Positions 18,873 to 26,737 of a DNA stretch of 32,102 nucleotides are shown here, piece after piece. How positions within the stretch are numbered: the first letter of the stretch is position 1; each line of letters opens with the position of its first letter. This DNA is from a virus. Taxonomy: Duplodnaviria; Caudoviricetes. Position numbers and translations under genes: made by a program. The stretch covers positions 1 through 32,102 of IMG/VR virus record IMGVR_UViG_3300017761_000827; one strand, 5' to 3'. The notes beneath the pieces are model-generated. The model worked only from the letters and a program-made list of their open reading frames with translations. It ran no database searches and had not been told where the DNA came from.

Positions 18873-19547
18873 TTATCTCCTACCATTGTGTTCGCAATCC
18901 AATACTGGACAGTAATTACGGCAAGTGAAATTTGGGACTGGATTCCATACGTCATTGTCGTAACACTTGTCCAATCTATCAGTTTCTTTTATCCACTTCT
19001 TCCAAAGTTCATGTTGGTGATCTCTGGTTAACTCTATCTCAATTAGCTCTTTGCTCACCACAAAGAGCAACGCCGCTCTGATGATTTTCACATGAGGGAA
19101 ATGGGCGAAGATGGAAAGCGACAAAAGCTCCAACTGCTGTGTGTCTGCATACTTGGCTGATTTGCCGGTCTTGTAGTCCACCAGCACCGCTGACTTATCC
19201 GGCCTGTTAAGGTCAGGGATGACCAAAAAGTCTGCAATACCTCGCCACCAAACATGGGGAGCCATGAACTCGCAAGGGTCTAGATCCCGTGTCAGCCCCA
19301 TCTTGTATTCAAAGAGAGGGTTTCCGGGGGTCTCAAGTAACGTATCGATGTACGGCTTGATGAACGCAAACTTGGCGGGGATAGGCACTCCATCCCGCCC
19401 ATATTCCTCGGCGGCTTTGTGTACGGCGTTGCCGTAGATCAGGTGCTCGGCCTCATCTTCCTTAATGTCTTTTATAACTCTTAAACGGTGATATTTTCTG
19501 GGACATTGTTTGAACAGGGACTAGGAAGAATAAGACCAAGTAGCCAT
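18873..19547 (-). pseudogene. PD-(D/E)XK Cas4-like exonuclease interrupted by in-frame TAG at codon 9
   Basis: AAGGA SD then MATWSYSS*SLFKQCPRKY...GNAVHKAAE in frame with track ORF (GIADF, VDYKTGK, QLELL, C...CP...C); TAG at 19523-19521. Confidence 0.8.
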
Positions 19548-19548
19548 G

Positions 19549-19617
19549 TTATTTCCTTTGCTTACGCATTCTGTTTCTAATGTCGGTAACAAACACCGCA
19601 TAGTCATCAACATTCAT
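19549..19617 (-). CDS. 22-aa mini-ORF between polymerase and exonuclease
   Basis: MNVDDYAVFVTDIRNRMRKQRK*; starts 3 nt after pol stop and ends 1 nt before exonuclease ATG. Confidence 0.4.
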   Translation of the reverse strand: MNVDDYAVFVTDIRNRMRKQRK

Positions 19618-19620
19618 ACC

Positions 19621-21435
19621 TTAATCACTTTTTGCATTACCTAAGTTGCTTCCAATACCACTTTTACATGCAAGCGGCAAGCCTTCCGCCCATATGGGGG
19701 GAGTGCTCATACATTTTTCCACATACCACTGTGCCTGCTCAGCTTCTTCCAGCGGAGCAATGATGGCGATAGCGTCGTGGACAGTCAGAACCACTCTATA
19801 TCTCTTAGCGATCCATGTCATCTGCTCCGCTATAACGCACCGCGCTATGGCTTGGATGACGTTTTCCACAACTTTTCCACCGTATATCTTAGTGCGCCCC
19901 TTGCGGGTTTTATAGCTAAACTGCCCCTCGGCGTCCTTCTCAAGGTCTGCATACCCAAGGTAGTACCCGCTCGGAAGATGGAACCCTTTCTTCCTCAACA
20001 CCACTGCATTGGGCTGAGACCCAAACAGGAAAGTCTTACCTTGAAGCATAGCCTCAAGGCACCGCTGTGCATCCTTCCATAACTCAGGAATGTATTCATA
20101 AGATTCCCGATAGGTCTTGATGATCTGTTTGCACTCAGGTAGCTCAAGCTCCACCCCTGCGGTTTTCAAAGAACTCTGGAACTTCTCAGCCCCAAGGCCA
20201 TACCCACACCCAAGCACTACGGTCTTGCCCATGAAGCGTTCGTCTTTGGAGATTTCTTCGACCGGCTTTCTGTAAATCTTGGACGCCATAATCTTGTAAA
20301 CGTCCTCCTTGTTGGCGAACGCCTGCACTAAATCATCTTGGCCCGCTACCCACGCCAACACCCGCGCCTCGATCTGCGAAGAATCACAGTCAATGATGCG
20401 GTAACGCTTTGGCGGCAATATGCACTCTTTTAATGTGCTATCCCCCCGGCTCGGCAGGTTTTGAAGGTTGAGACTATCGCTCCCACCCCATCTCCCAGTA
20501 TGGGCGGCATAGTATTTGAGCGGAACTGGTAAGGATCCTCGGCTGGCAATCCCAAGGAATCGCTCGGTTCTGGATTCCTCAAGCGTAGATTTCGTCCCTA
20601 GTCTGGCTGCCACCACCGCCTGCACCACAGGGTTGGGGTGCTCCGCTAACTCCTTAAGCCCCTCGTCAGACTTAGCAAAAGCATAAGTCTCCTTCCCAGT
20701 TGTAAGGCTGGTCTTGGTTGGCGGCTCAACGCCAAGGCTTCTGAGCAAATCTGCAAACTTAGGATTAGATTGCAGTATCTCCGGCTCCGACTCACAAGCT
20801 TGCAATAACTCGTACTTGCGGGCTTTTACCTCTTCTAGGTGTTGACAAAGCCGCTTCTTTGCTAACCGTAGGACAGGCTCGCTAAACATCTTAACGGTCA
20901 GGCTTATGACTTTAAGCTCAGTTTGCGAAACCTTAGGATAGTAGACCGCGAATAAATCGTAGGTCAGGTCGCAGTCGTTGCGGCAATACGCGCCATACCG
21001 CTGGAGTTCCTCCGAAGTGAAGTCCTCTCGTCGCTTACCCAGTGCGTGGACAACTTCCTCGCCTTTGACCCCCAGCCCATGCCGCTCGGCAGCGGCTTTG
21101 AGAGACCCACTAACCTCAAGTCCATCTAGCGCCCGCGCCAGACTGAGCGTGTCGATCCACATTTTGGGGAAGATTCCAAAGACCCACGAAAGAATTGCTG
21201 CATCGAACATGGCGTTGTGTGCAATTGCAGCGGAGTTGGCCCAGTCAAACGTGCGTAGGAACTCTCTGGTTTCATCAAGCGTTCCGCTGAAAAACATGGC
21301 GAGACAATCAGCTTCCTTGACCCCAACACCAATAACCTCAAATCTAGGATCACGGATGTACTCCTCCGTTGTCATCTTTGACAACGAAAACTCTTTGTCG
21401 TAATAGGTCTCGAAATCAATCGTTATTAGTTTCAT
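19621..21435 (-). CDS. polA: Phage DNA polymerase family A with 3'-5' exonuclease
   Basis: DFETY, HNAMFD, YCRND exonuclease motifs; TGRW, NLQNLP, DSSQIEARVLAW (A), RFMGKTVVLGCGYG (B), TVHDA (C). Confidence 0.95.
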   Translation of the reverse strand: MKLITIDFETYYDKEFSLSKMTTEEYIRDPRFEVIGVGVKEADCLAMFFSGTLDETREFLRTFDWANSAAIAHNAMFDAAILSWVFGIFPKMWIDTLSLARALDGLEVSGSLKAAAERHGLGVKGEEVVHALGKRREDFTSEELQRYGAYCRNDCDLTYDLFAVYYPKVSQTELKVISLTVKMFSEPVLRLAKKRLCQHLEEVKARKYELLQACESEPEILQSNPKFADLLRSLGVEPPTKTSLTTGKETYAFAKSDEGLKELAEHPNPVVQAVVAARLGTKSTLEESRTERFLGIASRGSLPVPLKYYAAHTGRWGGSDSLNLQNLPSRGDSTLKECILPPKRYRIIDCDSSQIEARVLAWVAGQDDLVQAFANKEDVYKIMASKIYRKPVEEISKDERFMGKTVVLGCGYGLGAEKFQSSLKTAGVELELPECKQIIKTYRESYEYIPELWKDAQRCLEAMLQGKTFLFGSQPNAVVLRKKGFHLPSGYYLGYADLEKDAEGQFSYKTRKGRTKIYGGKVVENVIQAIARCVIAEQMTWIAKRYRVVLTVHDAIAIIAPLEEAEQAQWYVEKCMSTPPIWAEGLPLACKSGIGSNLGNAKSD

Positions 21436-21641
21436 TCCTTCCCCCTTGCGCGGATACCTTTTGCAATTCTGAGCGCATCAGCGAATATCTTCATCCGAGC
21501 GGTTTCTTGCGCGGACAAGTCTACTGTTACGCCGAGTTGGCGTTCATCCGTTCTAGACTTAAGCCATGCCTTCCACATTGTCGGCGCAGAAATTAAGAGT
21601 CCGATGCCGATTATGGTGATCACGATGTGTACTGATTCCAT
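21432..21641 (-). CDS. Small single-pass membrane protein
   Basis: Hydrophobic IVITIIGIGLLISA; ATGA overlap with polymerase start. Confidence 0.65.
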   Translation of the reverse strand: MESVHIVITIIGIGLLISAPTMWKAWLKSRTDERQLGVTVDLSAQETARMKIFADALRIAKGIRARGKE

Positions 21642-21684
21642 GTGTGCTACCGCTGCTTGGCCAGCCTGATAATCTCGTCCCTAT

Positions 21685-22251
21685 TCATTTCTTCCTCCGC
21701 ACATACACTGCGGTGTTGTCAGGCCACACCGCGCTCGCGGTTTCCGCAAACACGGCGATCATCCACCTGCCGGCGTAAGTGCCGTCGATGGTGCCGATGA
21801 GTTCGTACTCCTCCCCGAATTGCTCCCCGAATTGCTCCCCGATTTTCGGGCTGACCTCCCCTCTCGCTCGGATTGCTTCTACGCAATCAAACTCTGCAAA
21901 CGCAACGTCGTGCCCTCGTCCCAAATCCCTGCAAATCCGCGCACACGCTTCGCGTTCGTCGAGAACCGCTGTTTCTAGACGAGCTTTCCACTCATCATCA
22001 AGTTTCATCATTTCCCACAAAGTTGACGGTTTTTTGTTCAACTCCATTAACTCCGCGCCCAGTTGCTGGTGTGTTTCTGACAAACACACTAGGGCGTCCT
22101 CTCGATACTCGCTCTCGGTCAGCGCCTGCATTTCGGCCAACTCGTCTTCTCGCAGGGCTTCGCGCAAAGCGTCGAGCTTTGCAGCTAGTTCGTCCATTGA
22201 TTCCGCTGCCACCACAGCTTCCACCGCAAGCCGTAACTTACTCATCTTCAT
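21685..22251 (-). CDS. Hypothetical phage protein
   Basis: GGAGGAG SD; EREACARIC...EAIRARG motif common in small phage proteins; internal 12-bp repeat (GEQF). Confidence 0.7.
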   Translation of the reverse strand: MKMSKLRLAVEAVVAAESMDELAAKLDALREALREDELAEMQALTESEYREDALVCLSETHQQLGAELMELNKKPSTLWEMMKLDDEWKARLETAVLDEREACARICRDLGRGHDVAFAEFDCVEAIRARGEVSPKIGEQFGEQFGEEYELIGTIDGTYAGRWMIAVFAETASAVWPDNTAVYVRRKK

Positions 22252-22597
22252 GCTCCTCCAATTCTTCGGCCAGCTTGTCCGCCTTCAACCGTAGCTCGTT
22301 CAGCCGCTTCTTCTTTCTCCTCAATTCCTTCTTTTCCGCTTCAGTCAACTCAGCCGGGATCCCATCCGGTCGGGGCGGCATTACTTTGGGCTGCTCACCG
22401 TCGAGGTTCAAACGCACGCGCCATGCACGGCGATACATTCCCTTCGCTTCTAATGCTTTCGCCTTCTGCATTGCGGCGTGAAATTCCATCGGGGATACGA
22501 AGTAGTATTCAAAACTACGATCCCCAACGGACGGCCCAGCGTGCGGATCAGATTTGTGGGATACCCCGATTTCGGATGTCTTGTGGTGTGCTGGCAT
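22238..22597 (-). CDS. Hypothetical phage protein
   Basis: AAGGA SD; overlaps downstream start; basic helical C-terminus. Confidence 0.65.
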   Translation of the reverse strand: MPAHHKTSEIGVSHKSDPHAGPSVGDRSFEYYFVSPMEFHAAMQKAKALEAKGMYRRAWRVRLNLDGEQPKVMPPRPDGIPAELTEAEKKELRRKKKRLNELRLKADKLAEELEEHEDE

Positions 22598-22609
22598 TGT
22601 GTATTCCTT

Positions 22610-22876
22610 TCATGTGTTGTCAGGCCAAAACGATTTTTGATGTGGGGTTAATGTGTATCCGTAGATACGTTTGAAAGTTTCTAATCTTCTAATACGTCTT
22701 AATTGGGTATGTAAAAGCAGATGCTCTATTGGGTTGAATACCCCATCTTCAATGATGCGGTGTGCTTGATGGCACGAACCCAAATAGAAATCCTCAGGAT
22801 ATGAATCCATCTGGACAAGCAAAGTCAGGATAGGTTGAGAGCAGAAGGGGGAAAGGATTTTTGTTAGTAGCTTCAT
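22610..22876 (-). CDS. Hypothetical phage protein
   Basis: AAAGGGACACACA-ATG leader; fits operon spacing. Confidence 0.6.
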   Translation of the reverse strand: MKLLTKILSPFCSQPILTLLVQMDSYPEDFYLGSCHQAHRIIEDGVFNPIEHLLLHTQLRRIRRLETFKRIYGYTLTPHQKSFWPDNT

Positions 22877-22897
22877 TGTGTGTCCCTTTCTGTCTGA

Positions 22898-23128
22898 TTA
22901 CTTAGTTTCTTGTTTTAGGGTTTCAGTAATCAGCCTATCGATATACCACTGGGCTTTTCGTAAATCTTCGACACCTCCTTTATGTTTCCATCGCCATAAG
23001 TATTTTATGGCATTCGCTGTGCAAACAGCTTGCAAACCTTCAAGGCCAACAGTAGCAGCGGCCAGAGCGTCTATGCACTCAATCGCCCCTGCGGTGTAAT
23101 GTGATGGGTGATTAACGGAGTCTTTCAT
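22898..23128 (-). CDS. DUF3310 family protein (T7 gp1.7/SaV-like)
   Basis: DSVNHPSHY...IECID...NAIKYLWR...KGGVEDLRKAQWYI; start may be ATG 23128 or TTG 23164. Confidence 0.9.
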   Translation of the reverse strand: MKDSVNHPSHYTAGAIECIDALAAATVGLEGLQAVCTANAIKYLWRWKHKGGVEDLRKAQWYIDRLITETLKQETK

Positions 23129-23174
23129 GGTGAGTATCAGCGGGGTGGGGTGACACCCCGCCAACCGAATCCTC

Positions 23175-23387
23175 TTAGTGAACTTCGTGGATTTCTACGC
23201 CAGACGCAATCGCGTCAGCAAGCGAAACCATATCCTTAGCATTCACAACGTCAACCTTGAAATGCTTACCCACGATGTAGTCAAGAGCCGAAGACTTAGT
23301 TTTGGCCTTGACATAAACCTTCTGCTCATTGCTGTCAGTGACAACATACAACTTGATGGCGCGGGGGCGACGATTATTTTCGGACAT
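23175..23387 (-). CDS. Small hypothetical phage protein
   Basis: ATG 23387 with GAGGT SD; KLYVV...VKAKT...AL pattern. Confidence 0.7.
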   Translation of the reverse strand: MSENNRRPRAIKLYVVTDSNEQKVYVKAKTKSSALDYIVGKHFKVDVVNAKDMVSLADAIASGVEIHEVH

Positions 23388-23416
23388 AACTACCTCTAAT
23401 TTAGTTGGAAAGTCGA

Positions 23417-23444
23417 AGTATACCAACCACCTGAGTTTCCGCAA
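23417..23444 (-). promoter_or_regulatory. Putative sigma70-type middle promoter
   Basis: TTGCGG-16 nt-TATACT with TG extension, in an intergenic gap. Confidence 0.55.
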
Positions 23445-23457
23445 GTGGTTTTACCCC

Positions 23458-23916
23458 TCAATGTTTGACTGAATCCGGAATAACATCCGCAACCATGCCA
23501 TGCAATTCCCCTTGCAATTCCTTAGCTAAGGTTTCTGCAAGATCCCAACTAAGTTGTTTCACAGGGTCGGGGATCTGAAGGAAGTTAGTCACGAAAGCCC
23601 ACGGCATTCCAATTACAGACAATGCACAAATCTTAGAGATGACGGTATGAGTCTCTGTCATCCCGTCTTCGCCGAAAGCTTCCAGTACGGAGGCTTTGTA
23701 GTCTTCGCCAACCTTGTCGGCCACGACCATCAACTGATAGTAAAGTTGAAGAATCTCTTGCCGAATTTCGTAGCTCATCTGAATAGGGTGCGGAGTAAAG
23801 CTTCCTTCTTCCCATTCGACATCCACCAAATCCTTAGTGCGGGGATCGGTGGGGTTCTTAGATTTCTTTATCACTTGCGTATCCTTTAGGTTGTCCAGCG
23901 GCACAGAGTGCCTCAA
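23458..23916 (-). CDS. Hypothetical phage protein (start uncertain)
   Basis: 152-aa ORF co-oriented within operon. Confidence 0.6.
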   Translation of the reverse strand: MRHSVPLDNLKDTQVIKKSKNPTDPRTKDLVDVEWEEGSFTPHPIQMSYEIRQEILQLYYQLMVVADKVGEDYKASVLEAFGEDGMTETHTVISKICALSVIGMPWAFVTNFLQIPDPVKQLSWDLAETLAKELQGELHGMVADVIPDSVKH

Positions 23917-24073
23917 CTAATGCCAATGCCTGTTCAGAAGGCCCGTCAATTTCCACTCGCACGCCGTTAATCCTTGCAGCGAAGTACAGCCCTACACCTG
24001 CCACTTCCCCAGATTCATACGCATTAGCGGTGCGTATCTCGGCGTCATTCAAATCACTTTTTCGGCCAGCCAT
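23858..24073 (-). CDS. Hypothetical phage protein
   Basis: AAGGT SD; overlaps neighbours as in a coupled operon. Confidence 0.5.
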   Translation of the reverse strand: MAGRKSDLNDAEIRTANAYESGEVAGVGLYFAARINGVRVEIDGPSEQALALVEALCAAGQPKGYASDKEI

Positions 24074-24242
24074 CGTAGTTACCTTTCTTTGGTGCGTTAT
24101 TAGGATGTAACACCCAGCGATCTCCTAAAATTTTCAACGCCCTTTGGCGCTTCTCATCCAAGTCTTCTACCCCCCACACCGGGGGAGCTTCCTTTCGCAG
24201 TAGAAACTGCCGCAAATCGGTCAGCTTAAGATTAGGTTTCAT
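24054..24242 (-). CDS. Hypothetical phage protein
   Basis: GAGGAGG SD; ATGA overlap with upstream gene; LGDRWVLHP motif. Confidence 0.7.
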   Translation of the reverse strand: MKPNLKLTDLRQFLLRKEAPPVWGVEDLDEKRQRALKILGDRWVLHPNNAPKKGNYDGWPKK

Positions 24243-24661
24243 TTTTCCTCCTCGTCCGCATATGGTGCGAACTCCTCAAAGTCGTCCTCCCTAAACGTCG
24301 CCAATATCCACTGAATCTCAGCGCCCTCGGGCAGCGTCGTTGCACCTTCCGGCAGGCGCGGGCCGCGATACTGACCCACTAGGATCTCCTCAGAGTGGCG
24401 AGAACCGCACGGGTATGCGTGCACGATACTGGGAGTCAGCGATGCGTTGATGCGGTTAACGGGGAGTTCGATACCCAACAACTGCGAGAAAACCGCAGCG
24501 GTGCCGGCGTGACCGATTGCCGATTCGACTTCGCAATTGACCGTCCTTTCCGCGAGAATCAAAGTGCGGGCCTGCTCCAGCGTCAACCGCCGGAATGTAA
24601 CGCTGCCGACCGCCACCCACTCGGGCAACATGTTCAAACTAAAAGAATTACAAATGTACAT
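24239..24661 (-). CDS. acrIII-1: DUF1874 (STIV B116/YddF) family protein = AcrIII-1-type cA4 ring nuclease
   Basis: NSFSLNML, SAIGH..TA, NR and RLPEG motifs in the order known for DUF1874; GGAGG SD. Confidence 0.88.
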   Translation of the reverse strand: MYICNSFSLNMLPEWVAVGSVTFRRLTLEQARTLILAERTVNCEVESAIGHAGTAAVFSQLLGIELPVNRINASLTPSIVHAYPCGSRHSEEILVGQYRGPRLPEGATTLPEGAEIQWILATFREDDFEEFAPYADEEEK

Positions 24662-24678
24662 CACAGTTCCTCCGCTTC

Positions 24679-25020
24679 TTAGCTTTCATTCTTAGTTAAT
24701 TCTAGATGCCATGCGGGCGTACCGCTAAGTATTGCTTCCATGTCTTCATCTAGGATTGAACCGTCGTAGACAAACGCGACACCTCCTGCCTCGTTAATCC
24801 TCTGCAACTCCCGGCGTTGCAAAGCGGTGGTGTTCCCCGCCTTACCTTCCGCCTTGCATTCAATGGCGAAGAATCTCCCCTGCCAACATCCCACCACATC
24901 AGGCACACCAGCCCTGCCGTATCCACCCGTTGCCGGAAAGAACATGTAAGGTCTGGGTTCCAGTGAGTTAAGGAACTTGACCAACTTGTACTTCACTTTT
25001 CCCTCGGGAGTCACGGCCAT
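24679..25020 (-). CDS. VRR-NUC nuclease (probable Holliday junction resolvase)
   Basis: TPEGKVK, GVPDVV, FFAIECKA, TALQ...L..I..AGG. Confidence 0.9.
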   Translation of the reverse strand: MAVTPEGKVKYKLVKFLNSLEPRPYMFFPATGGYGRAGVPDVVGCWQGRFFAIECKAEGKAGNTTALQRRELQRINEAGGVAFVYDGSILDEDMEAILSGTPAWHLELTKNES

Positions 25021-25127
25021 AACGCCCCCAATTCCCAGAATTTAGCAATTTCAATTCCGGCACCGTCTAATAAGTATCCAATTAGGAAACTCATAACCGC
25101 CCAGAATATAAACTCTTCCCACCTCAT
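25011..25127 (-). CDS. 38-aa putative membrane peptide (not in track)
   Basis: MRWEEFIFWAVMSFLIGYLLDGAGIEIAKFWELGALWP*; TGATG overlap with upstream ORF, GAGG SD. Confidence 0.5.
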   Translation of the reverse strand: MRWEEFIFWAVMSFLIGYLLDGAGIEIAKFWELGALWP

Positions 25128-25291
25128 CACTCAGCCTCTTTTATTTGTTTCAATAAGAATCTGATTTCACAAGAGAGTGCATAACACTCTATCGGTGCGC
25201 CCCGGTCTTCGACTAAGGCTTTGGAAATCTCTTGCAGCCTATGGAGGTGTTCTCCAAGCAAGACGTATGTGGATCGCTTCTTGATTTTCAT
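25127..25291 (-). CDS. 54-aa hypothetical protein (not in track)
   Basis: MKIKKRSTYVLLGEHLHRLQEISKALVEDRGAPIECYALSCEIRFLLKQIKEAE*. Confidence 0.5.
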   Translation of the reverse strand: MKIKKRSTYVLLGEHLHRLQEISKALVEDRGAPIECYALSCEIRFLLKQIKEAE

Positions 25292-25331
25292 TGTGGTTCT
25301 CTAAGGTTTACTGTGTCAATTCTAACGTCTT

Positions 25332-25357
25332 AAAAAAGCCCGGTTACGGAACCGGGC
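25332..25357 (-). terminator. Intrinsic terminator ending the early operon
   Basis: Minus strand GCCCGGTT-CCGT-AACCGGGC followed by TTTTTT. Confidence 0.9.
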
Positions 25358-25383
25358 AAAGGACACGACAATGAGATTAGAGT

Positions 25384-26418
25384 TTATGTTGGCATTGACT
25401 TAACGTCAAGACCCTCGATGTGAAATATCTCCCCGAATGCAACACCGGGAGTATCAATCATTGTCCCTATCTCTGGCACCCGAACTCCCATCCCCGTCAT
25501 CTTCAAAATCTCATACTTAAGACTGAGGTTTTCGGGAAACTCGTTTGGGCTTAAATAAGACTGAGGTGGGGTGATTCCCTTTTTGTGTCCTTCGCCCGCT
25601 GTGAACAGCCGGAAGTCCCCGTTGAAAGTCTTGTACAGCCAATGCCCGGAAGTCTTAATCCTGATCCGCGTATTCCGTCCATCTCGCACACGTTCAAATC
25701 CCTTGGTGAACTGAGCCAAGGTTTCTGTAGGAATCTTACTTACCATCTTCTTTAGATTCCCCATCCAGTCCTGCTCGTCGTCCATCCATGAGGTCTCCCC
25801 TGCCTCGCTCGTGAAGTGCTTGAGCAGCGGATACAGAAGCTCAGCGGCTAAGCCTGCCTCGGTAATCTCAAAACGATGCGTCGCTTCCTTGAGCGGGGTC
25901 TCCCATTCAGCGTTGTGGACAAATAGCAGTGGGTGCTTCTCGTTGTCATGCAGGATGTATGCAATGTACCCCTCAAGCTCCCGATATATCTCCATCGGCT
26001 TTGCCTGCGTGAACGTGTCCTGTGCCCGGATCACAGCCTTGTCGAGGTCTGAGGTATAGGTCTGGTTGGCTTGGATGTAGTCCACCAAACGGTTGCGGCT
26101 GATGTTCCTAGATTCTATGACCACAGAAGGAACCGAATCGACCCGTCGCCAAGTCAGTCGGCCCATGTAGTCCCCGGCACGGTACACCACTAGACACCTC
26201 TCCCCGCGTGGGACAAACCGAAAGTCAACATAGGGACGGTTGGCGTGCAGCCCCTGCGCGACGTACAAGAGATAGGTAGAAACCTCTACTTCGCTAGAAT
26301 CAGAAATCTTAAAACCCTGTAAAGACGTTTTGTTGCGTTTGGGCTCGTAGACAATGCTGTCGGCCCGGACGCAGTGGTGAAAGTCGGCGGTCTTCCAGTT
26401 AAAAGGGATCGTGTTCAT
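25384..26418 (-). CDS. Hypothetical early protein (344 aa)
   Basis: Long ORF with the shared early leader variant GAGGACGACATGAC-ATG; no motif recognised. Confidence 0.8.
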   Translation of the reverse strand: MNTIPFNWKTADFHHCVRADSIVYEPKRNKTSLQGFKISDSSEVEVSTYLLYVAQGLHANRPYVDFRFVPRGERCLVVYRAGDYMGRLTWRRVDSVPSVVIESRNISRNRLVDYIQANQTYTSDLDKAVIRAQDTFTQAKPMEIYRELEGYIAYILHDNEKHPLLFVHNAEWETPLKEATHRFEITEAGLAAELLYPLLKHFTSEAGETSWMDDEQDWMGNLKKMVSKIPTETLAQFTKGFERVRDGRNTRIRIKTSGHWLYKTFNGDFRLFTAGEGHKKGITPPQSYLSPNEFPENLSLKYEILKMTGMGVRVPEIGTMIDTPGVAFGEIFHIEGLDVKSMPT

Positions 26419-26452
26419 GTCATGTCGTCCTCGTGTGTGTGGGGGGAACTGG

Positions 26453-26650
26453 TTAGAGTGATGAGCTAGGCGAAGGCAGTACGGCGAAGAGATACCCCAG
26501 CTTCTTAATCTCCTCGATCACTGAGCGGGTCAGGGTAGTAGACCCAGCGATACGGGCGAATGCTTTGGCGTCGTCGCACACCGGATAGATAAGCTCGTTG
26601 CCGTAAACATGCTTGATAGATACCGTTAAGACTTTGTGGCTCATGTCCAT
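26453..26650 (-). CDS. Small conserved phage early protein
   Basis: VYGNELIYP.C..AK.FA.IAG..TLT....IKKLGY pattern; AGGA SD. Confidence 0.75.
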   Translation of the reverse strand: MDMSHKVLTVSIKHVYGNELIYPVCDDAKAFARIAGSTTLTRSVIEEIKKLGYLFAVLPSPSSSL

Positions 26651-26695
26651 CGTGTAATTCCTAATCTTAGATTGTTGTAAATATCGTTGTTGATA

Positions 26696-26729
26696 CAGTG
26701 GGGCAGTGCTCCGATTGACTGCCCCACTG
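26696..26729. other. 12-bp-stem intergenic hairpin downstream of vWA gene
   Basis: CAGTGGGGCAGT / ACTGCCCCACTG with 10-nt loop; no U-tract. Confidence 0.75.
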
Positions 26730-26737
26730 CCCCGTTG

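Noticed and set aside
23140-23161. GCGGGGTG/CACCCCGC hairpin upstream of DUF3310 as a terminator
   Set aside because: No U-tract and single copy; function not assignable
25290-25319. TTGACA-18-CACAAT promoter after the early terminator
   Set aside because: Perfect -35 but weak -10, long spacer, and the -10 overlaps the next ATG; not supportable
25371-25403. 10-aa + strand ORF behind an AGGA leader
   Set aside because: No + strand promoter evident; the sequence is better explained as antisense to early leaders
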